From Welwitschia mirabilis (Eukaryota): a DNA stretch of 64,000 nt. The position numbers were made by a program, and so were the translations under genes. Within the stretch, counting starts at the first letter, position 1. Every line of letters starts with the position of its first letter. The notes under the pieces are model-generated. The model saw only the letters and a program-made list of their open reading frames with translations. It was not told the origin of the DNA and made no database searches. Location: the NCBI GenBank assembly GCA_051453625.1, contig JBOZIK010000001.1:28086044-28150043 (forward strand), given 5' to 3'. Below, piece after piece: positions 53,110-64,000 of this stretch.

Positions 53110-55740
53110 TTTACAAAGAGATATTAGAGAGAATGGCTATTGATAGAATAGAATATTAAAGAAGGACTCGTGGATATAGAAAATGAACTGAAAAAGCAAT
53201 CTTCAAGTGCACTCAATCATCCTTCCAAATTTATGTTTTCTAAATCAGATTTTCTTAATGAAAACCATGTAGAAGGAGAGAACTAGTCTATAATATCAAG
53301 CACTGCCTATAGGTAAAAATAAGTTATAGGATCTTCTACCGCTAATACAAATCTTACCCTTAAATAATTGTTAGCCAACAAGAAAAGAGAGATTCAAAAA
53401 CCTTTTGACCTACCTTTAGGAGATGATGTTAAACTTAAAAATTTAAATGCCTACATAACTTTTAATGGATAAAATGATGAGGATCCCCTTCAATACATTA
53501 TAGACATTAAACAAATAATCCTTACATCAAGGCATGAAAAGAAAAATATCAATGATAGAACATAGGTAATAATTTTTCCCTTGACATTAAGAGGTAGATA
53601 AAAACTTTGGCTAAAAACTATCCCCCACAAAAGCTTAAAAATGTGGGATCAAGTTCGAGAAATCTTTGTAAAACAATTTATAAGTAAATAAACTATAAGA
53701 AAAAGGAAAAAAGAGATAACAAAATTTCAAAAAAAAAACAAAATGAATATTATGCCTCCACATATGAAAATTTCCTTGTAGCATACCATTCTAATCCAGT
53801 AGATATTTTTTTATGAATAAACCTAGTAGATTACTTTTGTAGTGAGCTAACGCCACATACAAAATAACTAGTATATTTCTCTTATGATGGAAACCTTATA
53901 AACCTTACATTAGAAGATGTCTGAAAAATTAGAAAAACATGTGGATGTTAGTCAACTTGATTAACTCCTAAAGAAAATCAAATTGTAGGCCAACTCATCA
54001 AAGACTTAAAAGAGGTTAAGAAAAAAAAGGTAGAATCCAATCCTACAAATGTCATGAGAGACTTTATAACCACATTGAAAAAGTATGCTAAAATGATCTT
54101 AGATTCCAAATTTACAACCAAAAGGAATGATGTGTCAACTTGTGATTTATGTGAGGATAATTATCACATCATCAAAAACCATCCTCTTTTACTAAGATAC
54201 AAAGAAAAAATATGTAAATAAGTTTGTGCTTTCAATTAAGCACAAACTTTAACTCTTAATCTTTTAAAAATTAATTTAAAAACTTTAACTCTCAACTAGA
54301 ATCATCAAAATTTCATCATTCAAATGATCAACTCAAAAAAATTATAGGTGAGATTAGAAGATTAAATGCCAACATGAAAAGCTTAGTAAACATCCTTCAA
54401 AAAACAATGTTGAAAAACCCAAAAACCTCAAGCAATATTAGCTACACAACCTTTATCAAATCCTGATGAGATGAGAAAATATTGTAAGGTTGTGATAAGA
54501 AGTGGATAAGAAATAAACCTTCCTTCATGTGAAGCTTCAACTTTCCAAAATGATTTTAGAATTGATGAGGAAGAATAGGAAAAGTACATTGAAATATTAA
54601 AATACTATAACATAGTAAAACAAAAATAAAAAATCCTTTTCAACAGATCACCCCTTAGCTTGATAGGCTTAACAATAATTTAACTTTTAATTAACATCTT
54701 AAATTTTTAATAAAACATGTGATCATAAACTTACCCTTTTGGAAGTTGTTACAAAAAAATCTAAGGTACTTAAAATTATGGAAACACCTAATAAGAAGAA
54801 AACAAAAAGGACTCATCCCTAGAAAAGTCTTTCTAGTCTAATCCCTCACAAATTCAGTATTACAAAAATCACCCAAATTTAAAGATCTAGAAGTAGCTAT
54901 GGTGAATGTTACTTTAGAGGGTAACAAAAATATTAGAAAAGCCTTAAATAACATTAGAGTGAGTGTTAACATAATGACACTTTACATTTGTAAGAGATTT
55001 GGTTTGGAGGATAGAATAAAGCCTACTCTAGTTGTCTTAGAATTAGTAGATACTTCAGTTAAGAAACTGTTAATCATCAAGGATTTCTATCTAATAGATG
55101 TGATTATTATAGAATTTGAATATAAAATAGGATACCCTTTACTTCTATGATGAGCCTTTTGTGTAATAGCCTACTGCATCATTTACATAAGAGCTAGAAT
55201 AATGAAATATCACTTTGGATATAGAACATTTATAATTAGAGTCTTTAATGTAGCTAAAAAAGATTTAGGTGATGATAAAATGAACTTAGAAGATACATTA
55301 AACCAAACTTATTCCTACAACATGATCCACTTAAAGAAAGAGAGATGAAATCACATGAGTCTATGATTTATGATGACCAACTTGAGATTAAGAATTTAGA
55401 TTTTAATGATAAATCCAACTTTGAGAATTAGAAAGAATGTTTAGTGTGTGAGGAAATCCAACTTTTAGAGTCACACCTTGAGAAATATTATTCATTATAT
55501 GAACTAATTAAAAATCATAATTTTAGTTTGAATTTGAATCTTTCTAATGGACTTAAATATAATGTTCTTTGTGCTGATCAAAATAAAGCTCTTGCAATCA
55601 ATAAAATCCTTTATTAGAGATACCATTAATCTCTTCTTTAACTTAAAAATTTTTTGCTTTAATGTGGTCTCATAGAGTGTTATCCATTACCCCTCTCTTT
55701 ATCCAATTGATTTTACTTGGAAATAATTCTATACTTTTTA
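53110..55740 (+). pseudogene. A5 gag-protease pseudogene, truncated before RT
   Basis: FDLPLGDDVKLKNL and IFPLTLRG..KTWL; ORF 54899-55150 (KALNNIRVSVNIM...GYPLLL) is homologous to the A1/A2 protease. Homology to A1 stops at ~55730. Confidence 0.8.
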
Positions 55741-58700
55741 TGTTTTATCAATTGGTAAACTTTTGGTTTGGATCTTATTTCTTTGAAAGAATGCAATATC
55801 TTAAGGCCAAAACAAATGCTTAACTTTTTCTTCTTTCTTTTCAATAAAAGTGTAATTAGATTTTTAGGATTTGAGTAAAATTTACTTGCCTTGATATTTC
55901 TTTTTTGTCTTTCATGTTTCTTTTACTTTTGATTTTTTAGCTTTCTATTTGGTAGTCTCTATTTTCATCCTTCTGATTTTAGTTTTTGTTTTTTTTTATA
56001 GTTTGTATTTCTGTTTCTATAATAATAATATATTATCTCCTATGTTTTCCTCATGACAGACAGGATGACAGTCCTATTTTTACTATCTATTTCAGTTTTG
56101 TGTGTCTATTTCTATTATGTATGTATTTTATTCTCTATGTCATTTGGATGACGTGTAGGATGATAGTCAATAAATAAATGATTTTTTCTATTATTTTAAG
56201 AAAATACATTTTGATGGCTCTATTAAAATGTCTAACTTGACTACTTAAGAATTTCAAAAGGTTAATGAATAAAGTTTGAAATTATTCGAGTACACCATCT
56301 AAATTTTCTCTTAGCTTTTTCCTTTAGAGGTCATTATGTCATTACTTGGTCATTTTTCAAACCTAACTTATGTATTTATCCTCATGACTAGTTTTTTAAC
56401 TTGGGCATCTTAGTGGTAAGATTAGATTCATCTAATATTAGAATATTCTTATGTCTATAAGATTTAGTTTGAAGAAAAATACTTTATTTTTTATTTGTGA
56501 AAAGGTCTTAGATTGTTTAAAGAGTATTCTTTTCTATCTTTATCTTATTACTTTTACCTTTGTCTTTTAGAATATTTGGTCATGTGTAATGTGCTTTGTT
56601 TTTCTTTAAAAAAAACAAAAAAAAAGACCATGATGATTTCTATCTATAATATTTCAAAAACATGGTTACCATGATGCCCTATCGCAAGTACACCAGGGCA
56701 AATATTCCTGAGAGGATCCTTTGGTAATGTAATATGGTAGCTATGGAAAATCCACTAGGAGGTAAGCTAGTCATGCTTCGTAGGTCCTTACTTTTCTAAT
56801 GGTGGCTACACTCCCCTCATCATGGATAATAAAGTGTAATAAAAACTTTGAGGCTATGGGAAAAGTGATGTTCCTAGTGTTATTAGAGGCATTACTTATT
56901 TCCTAGACTTTTAGTTCTTCCATATGCTCATTTCATTTCTTGAGATTTGGATGTTTATTCTGAGATGACAGTTTTATTTTTTGAGCAATTCTTTGGTCTG
57001 ATCATTCTTTTTATATTTAGCATCATCATAACCACTACCTTATCAAATGAAATTTTTTATACATCAAGTTATGCATTTTCACATCAAGTGATGTTATGAT
57101 TTCTTTTATGGAATCTGCTAGGTTAAAATGTTAAATAGGTAAGCTATCTTTACTTATATTATACCCATTCTTTTTATTTTTTTTTGTGGTTTGGTTAGTT
57201 ATTTCAAAGTCATTACCATCTTTTCTTATCATGTTTTTCTTACTCAGATTTTAATAAAAGTGGATTTCTTGCTTTATTAAGTTTTATTAATAAATTTTAT
57301 GCTATTTATTTTTAGAATTTTGGTGTTGTAAGGGCTGCTCTTAATCATTTTTGTGATAAAACATTTTTATTATCCACTCTTTTTCTTTACTTATTAGAAT
57401 ATTTCCTAGATTTATATTTTTCAAATCTGATATTATTCAGCCTTGCACTTCCCTTTAAAAAGTTATCCTCTTTTACCTACCTTCTCATTCTTTTTATTTT
57501 CTTTGCTTTATTTTCCAATATGGGATGTACCACTTTTTCTTTTGAGGGGAGGGGGTGGGGATGGGGAGGTGGAGGCAGAGACCTATTTTCATGGCTTATT
57601 TTTAAAAAAATTTTAGATCATGAGATAAAATTTTTAAATTTTCTTATATATTATGCATTAACTTGATATTTATCTATGTGATGTGCTTTATGAGCTTATT
57701 TTATAATTCTATATTAATTTTTTGAAAAATAAATTGGCTTGTAACTATGGTTTTTTGCCTTGTTTTTGTTAGGGACTAAAAAAGACTAAGTAAAGGGCTA
57801 TGTTATGCTCCCAGTTTGTGGTTATTTGATGGGGTTTTATGAGTTGTTTTGCAAGACTTTTACACAGGTTTAAGCAAAATTTTGAGGATTTTAGAGATTC
57901 AATAGAAGATCTCGGAAATGTAAAATTCTTGTCTATATTTGATGTATTTAAGGCATATTATGATGCATAGAGCTTTGAAGGAGGATTACTGATAAAAATA
58001 CTAAGTTTCTCCTTAAAAATATAATTAATAAGATGATCATTTCCTTTGTCATCCTCATGACAGGTAGGACGATGACACTATTAGTTACTGACATGGACTG
58101 CCAGATCACTATTCAATCATCATTCTGAGTTATCTTTTGTAATGAGCTATCATCCCCCTTATCGTTCAGAGGACAGTAAAGATGACATTAACATGTAACT
58201 GATTCTGACAACAACCCTTGATGTTTTTTTTATTTCATTTATGTAAATGGCTAGCCGTACCTTCTATTTGTCATTTTCTTTTATAAGTTGTTATAAATAA
58301 GTCTGCCTTCAACTCTCCTCCTTGGCTTTGTTGCATCAGAAATTCTCATGATAGGAGATCAAAGGATGAGAGATCCATCTTAAGTGTTATAGAAAGATGT
58401 TCCTTTGGTGGAGGACTACGCATCCTTCATTAAAGCTTGGCTATTTTGTAATCAAGATGCTTGTTACTTCTTAATACAAAGACCTTGTTTGTTTTCATAT
58501 TTTCATGTTAGATTCTCAGATTACCCTTATGATTTATGATTGTTCTTGATCTGGTGACAATTTCTTGGGTGATATAGATCACCAAAGGTAGCCTTTGTTA
58601 AGGCTAAAAGTAAGTAGTGTTAGTTCCATTTTTACATTGCATGTTAGATTAGGTTGCATCTTGCATTTGCATTATACCTTTTATTTTTTGAATTGTTCTT

Positions 58701-58862
58701 TATTTCTAGTTTCTATTATTCTTTTGCAAAGAAATCTAAGTCTCGTCTCATAGTTTTCAACANNNNNNNNNNNNNNNNNNNNNNNNNNNNNNNNNNNNNN
58801 NNNNNNNNNNNNNNNNNNNNNNNNNNNNNNNNNNNNNNNNNNNNNNNNNNNNNNNNNNNNNN

Positions 58863-58908
<46 letters not shown>
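58863..58908. repeat. (AG)n microsatellite abutting an assembly gap
   Basis: About 23 perfect AG units directly after the N run. Confidence 0.95.
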
Positions 58909-58912
<4 letters not shown>

Positions 58913-61424
58913 TGAAATAGGATCATAATGTTTTTTATATATAATATTTTAAAAACATGGTCACCATCATGTCCCACTATAAGTATACTGAGGTAAACAT
59001 TTCTAAGAAGAGCCTTTAGTAGCTATGAAAACTCCACTGAGAAGTTAGTTGGTCATGCTTTATGGGTCTTTACTTCTTTGATGGTGGTTGCACTCCCCTT
59101 ATTATGGATACTAAACTAGTAAAAAAAACTTTAAAACTATTAGATTAGTGGTGTTCTTGATGTCACCAGAGGCATTGCTTATTTCTTAGACTCTTAGCCC
59201 TTCTACATGCTCATTTCATTTCTTGATATTTGAATGTTTGTTTTGAGACAACAGTGGGTGAGTTCATTTTTTGAGTAATTCTTTGGTCAGATCATTCATT
59301 TTACCTTCAACATTATCATAATTACTACCTTCTCAAATGGAATTTTTCATACATCAAGTCATACATTTTTACATCAAGTGATGTTATCATTTCTTTCATG
59401 GGAATCTGCTAGGTTAAAATGTTAGGTAGGTGGGCTATCTTTTACTTATATTATCTTATGTCCATTCTTTTTATTTTTTTTGTGGTTTAGTTAGCTATTT
59501 CAAAGTCATTACCATATTTTCTTTCTTATTTGATTTTCCATATAAGTAGATTTTTTACTTAGTTGAGTTTCCTTAATAAATTTTATGATGTTTATTTTTT
59601 AATTTTTGGTAATGTAAGCATATTTGAAATAATTTTTATGATGAAAACCTTTTATTATCCACTCTTTTTCTTTACTTGTTAAATATTTTATAGATCTATA
59701 TTTTTCAAATTTGACATTACTCAGCTTTGCATTTCATTCAGAAAGTTGTCTTCTTTTACCTACCTTTGCACTCATGTCTACCTTTTTTAACTATATTTTC
59801 TAATATAAGATGTATTATTTTTCTTTTTGGGAAGGGGTAGAAACCCATTTCTCATGGCCCATTTTTAAAAAAATTTTAACTTAATTTAGATCTATTATAA
59901 GATAATTTTTTAAAAAAAATTTTATGCACATTATGCATTCCTTATTATTTATCTATGTGATGTATTTTATGAGTCAGTTTTATAATTCTTAAATTTATCT
60001 TTTAAAAAATAAATTAATTTGTAATTATGTGTTCTTGCCTAGTTTTTATTAGGAACTGACAAAGGCTAAGTGGGAGGCTATATTACACTACCAATTTGTG
60101 GTTATTTGATGAGTTTTTCAAACTATTTTACTAGACATTTATATAGGTCTAGGTGCAATTATGAGGATTTTGAAGATATAATAGATGATATCAGAAATGT
60201 GCAATTCTTACCTAGATTTAATGCATTTAAGGCACATTCTAATGCACAATAATTTGGAGGAAGAGTACTACTAAAAGTGTTAAGTTTTTCTCAACAAAAT
60301 GATTGAAAAAGACCATCGTTTCCTTTTTCATCCAGATAGCAAGTAGGATAATGATATCACTACTTGCTAACTTGGACTAATGAATTACTACTGAGTCATC
60401 ATTCTAAGTTATCTTCTATGATGATTTTTCATCCCCTTCATCATCCAGATAATACCCAAGAGAACATTGACATGTAACCAACTCTGACAACTGATCCTTG
60501 ACCATTTCGTATCTTTCTTATCTATAATAAGTGCATCTTACCATGCCTTCTATCTATCCTTTCTGCTATGAGTTGTTATATATATGTTCCCCTTTAATAC
60601 TTCTTCTCATCTTCATTGTACTAGAGATTCTTATGACAGAATACTAAAGAACAACAGATAGATCTCAAGTATTGTAGAAAGATGTTTTCTTAGTGAAGGG
60701 CTATGTATCCTCCATTGAGGCCTACTAAACTTTGTCTTATTTTCATGTTTATATGTTAGATTATTAGATGATCCTTATGGTTTATATTGCCCTTGATCTA
60801 GTGACAATCTCTTGGGTGATATAAATCATCAAGAGCAGCCTTTGTCAAGGCTAAGAGAAAGTAATATTAGGATCATTTTGCATTGCATATTAAATTAAGG
60901 TCACATCTTGGATTTGCATTGTACTTTATTTTCTTGAATTATTCTTTATTTTTGGTTCCTATTCACATTTACATAAGTAATTCTAGTCTCATCTCATAGC
61001 CTTTAATGAAAATATGACATTTCAGGTTTACTTCCACTCATACTAGTATGATGTATTGTGTGAGATATCTATTTATTTTATGAATTACAAAATCCTTTTA
61101 AACTTAAGTTCTTGTACAAATACACACCATAATAGTTAGCATAAGATCTTCTATCATTTATACTATCCTTTAGATGGTAAAGTGGATGATGATCTTTGTA
61201 AAGATGTTTTTTGTATTAAATCAGCCTTTTTAATTGTAGGATTACTTTTCAGATATAAAGTGTTATAAATTTCTAGAAATATTATTAAACATAATGAAGA
61301 TTGAATGTTTTTGTGATATTTAACTTAACTCTCTATCATCATTAAAATTTAGCATAAACCTATTTAATTTCCTAAAAAATAACTCAAAACAACTATTAAA
61401 TACATATAATTTAACAATGTAGCA

Positions 61425-64000
61425 TAATCTTCCACTTAGGCTTATTAGTACTTGACAAGAACAATTATGATTATGAGATAAGTGGACTAATAAGAAATTG
61501 ATTAGAGAACTATAAATTAAATTAAAAAATAATCTTAGAAACCTTATAATGTAGAATAGTAATATTAGAAATAGATAACTGAATGTTTCACTTATGTAGA
61601 GTAAGTGGTTGCATTGTCATACTGATGATTATCTATATGATAAAAGGGATGATATGTTTAAAAATTATTCTTAAAAAATAAAATCCTACAAAAAATTTTC
61701 TAGAAAGACAAAACATTAAGACATAATAATATTAATAACCCTCAACTCAATGTTCAATATATCATGAAAAATAATCATGTGTAACAAGAAAAAAATCATC
61801 ATAATAAAATGTCTCAATAATATGTAAATGATGTATAATAATATCTCAAAAATAAAAGATGGACATCATAATAATACTAAAAAAGCCATTTCTATATAAA
61901 ATCATGATTTTTTAATATAATCCATGGAGGAAAGATACATATTACAACATAATAAATCACTTTCCTTATCATGCCAAAATAAATTCCTCATATGCAGTAG
62001 GCTTAGGTATAGGTGATCTATATAGAAATGATGATTAAGGATTATCATGATGGAGTGCATACTCTCATTTCCTTGTACACTAACTTCCGTTGGGATGTCA
62101 ATTATTACATAGTACTCAATGCATAATATACGTTGACATATATTAGTTAGCTACTCTTTAGTGTTCTAAACTCTCCTCTTAATTTTAGGTATCCTTTATT
62201 ATAGTTGAGTAAAGCCTCAGTTCATGGCCTCTCTAAGACCCTATGCTATGTCTATCAAGAGTGCCTATATCTACTCAATACGAATGCCAACTATAGGCCT
62301 CTATATCAAAGGTCTCTATTCCTCTTCTAAAATCTGGATGTCCATATCCTATAGGTAATGAACTAATGATTGTAAATGTGTAAATATCTACTCATCCATA
62401 AGCTCAAGTGTACTAAATCATTTGAGCATAGCTGAGAGAAGATATGGATATCCTAGATTCTATAGCTGTCAAGCCTCAATTATGGTCCTCAGTTTTCTTC
62501 AAATAAAATTTGATAAGTCCATCTATTCCCCTTATATAAATACTACTAACATCTATAAATGGGCCATCATGGAATGACTATTATGGAATAATGAACTAAT
62601 GTTATGGATTAATCCTCTATAAATAATTTGATATGTAGGTAATAGATGTGTTATTAAAATTCCTTACCTATCACTAATAACATTAGCTAGGTTATCTATT
62701 GTTGTTCCATAAGCACGATGCTCCTTTGTACTGCCAGTTGAATGAATGTGTGTACTCCCAATTCATCTAAGTCAGTAATAGCAATGATGTAATTAAGGAG
62801 GATAAATATATTAGGGCTACAGATAGTAGTTATAATCATGTCAACTAGGTAGTCACGAGCATCAAATTGCCTCTCAAAGTGCATGGTTTCATAAAAATCT
62901 TCAATATCTAAGGCATAACAAGTTTTATGTGCATCAAAAATTTACCTAAGATGATTATTTTTTAATCTTGATTTATCTTTGATACTAATTAACTCATATA
63001 ATTATCAAAATGCCTCTCAACTTAAATAGAGATTGTCTAAATGGAATGGGATTGCACCTAGAAATATGAAGGATGAACTGGCTCTGCATGCTCAATCTCA
63101 GGTGGTATTAATGGGATCACCTCTTTTTCACATTCCTTAGCCTCTATCTTAGCCTATCTCACTCATCATGTACATGGCCTAATTAGTCATAAACATAAAG
63201 TGCATTACATAAGATTAAGTGGAAATCACTAAAATGGATCTCATAACAACACTAAATGACCTAATAAATTGATTTTCAATGACCCCATAAATTGGATTTT
63301 ATGTGTGAATATTATGAAAATATGTCCTGTCCTCCTCTTGAGAGAATCAATACATCCCATATTGCCTAGTTCTATGAAGAAAAAGTGCAAAACATGAGAA
63401 AATTCAAAACTTGGAAAATAGGTGCACCCTAAAAAATTTCAAAAATGAAGTAATTAAATCAAAAATTTAATTAAGTAAAATGGTAGAGCTCATTGTACTG
63501 ATCAATTTACCTATACAGACCACTACATTTTAACTTATGATTTTTAAGGAAATGAGTTTTAAAGATAAAAACCTAATTCAACTTCATAAAATGAACAAAT
63601 TTAAACATCTCATAAAATTTCCAGTGAAAATTAAAATTTTAAGCACCAAATTGAAGAGCATGAAAAAATGATTAATATACATGAAACCTACATGCTAAAA
63701 GGTTAAAAAATCAGAGAAAAAACCAAAAATAATAAGGTAGGCAAAAACATATTTTAGTTTAAAAAATTTACTGAAATCTCACAATCTAGGATACTAAATT
63801 CATGAGTGAAAGATCCAAATGTCAATGGATCCTAGTGTAATAATCATCTCTCAAAATAATGGACAAAAATAATGGAAGAATGAAAAAAAATGGTGGAAAA
63901 AAGGTTAGGCCATGGTTGTATTACACTATTATCTGGTTGCATCATCTAGATGACAGTGTTAGGATGACTATTAGAAAAATCTAATCTATCATTTGCCTTA
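61425..64000 (-). mobile_element. Internal 3' non-coding region of A4, or unresolved retroelement debris
   Basis: Follows the PPT. No domain recognised. Near the end it carries CATCATCTAGATGACAG...GGATGAC motifs of the gypsy family seen elsewhere in the window. Confidence 0.4.

Larger units (their letters stand above)
51557..61131 (+). mobile_element. Athila-like complex A5 with three LTRs; encodes gag and protease only
   Basis: LTR 51557-52643, PBS TGGCAGCATTATCAGGGA 52649-52666, gag-PR ~53110-55740, 3' UTR, PPT 57786-57800, LTR 57801-58762 (ends in gap), second 3' UTR 58910-60065, PPT 60066-60080, LTR 60081-61131. Confidence 0.8.
50584..61424 (-). repeat. Gypsy 3' LTR (element A4) split into 50584-51556 and 61132-61424 by a plus-strand insertion
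   Basis: The two pieces together are collinear with LTR 28730-29971. It ends ATGTAGCA and is followed by PPT complement TAATCTTCCACTTAG (61425-61439). Confidence 0.75.

Noticed and set aside
58654-58977. ORFs with ER/LS repeats
   Set aside because: Translation of the gap plus the (AG)n microsatellite.
51552-61136. TSD for A5 (ATTAG versus ATAGT)
   Set aside because: Does not match without invoking an indel. Nesting is supported instead by continuity of the host LTR.

Overview
AT-rich, CpG-depleted plant (angiosperm-type) heterochromatin from a gapped draft assembly. I find no intact protein-coding gene, RNA gene or CRISPR array. Almost the whole window is a stack of old, degenerate transposable elements whose nesting can be reconstructed by eye. 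An outer minus-strand Athila-like Ty3/gypsy element (A3, <1..~50019) hosts three insertions. (i) A second Athila-like element (A2, ~31..29971), which contains a third (A1, ~2980..11614) and a minus-strand Sirevirus Ty1/copia (14960..25716, perfect TSD TATTC). (ii) A plus-strand Sirevirus (30791..44856) whose env-like ORF is split by a non-autonomous CACTA element (37707..42595, TSD ATT). This CACTA carries two copies of an exon resembling plant O-fucosyltransferase/MSR genes. (iii) An L1-like LINE fragment with an internal inversion, inside A3's 5' LTR. To the right, another minus-strand gypsy 3' LTR (50584..61424) is split by a plus-strand, pol-less, three-LTR Athila-like complex (51557..61131). 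The most interesting item is the gene-capturing Pack-CACTA. I see no convincing evidence of a wholly new biological system. All alignments and identities are by eye, and family names come from recalled motifs rather than database searches.
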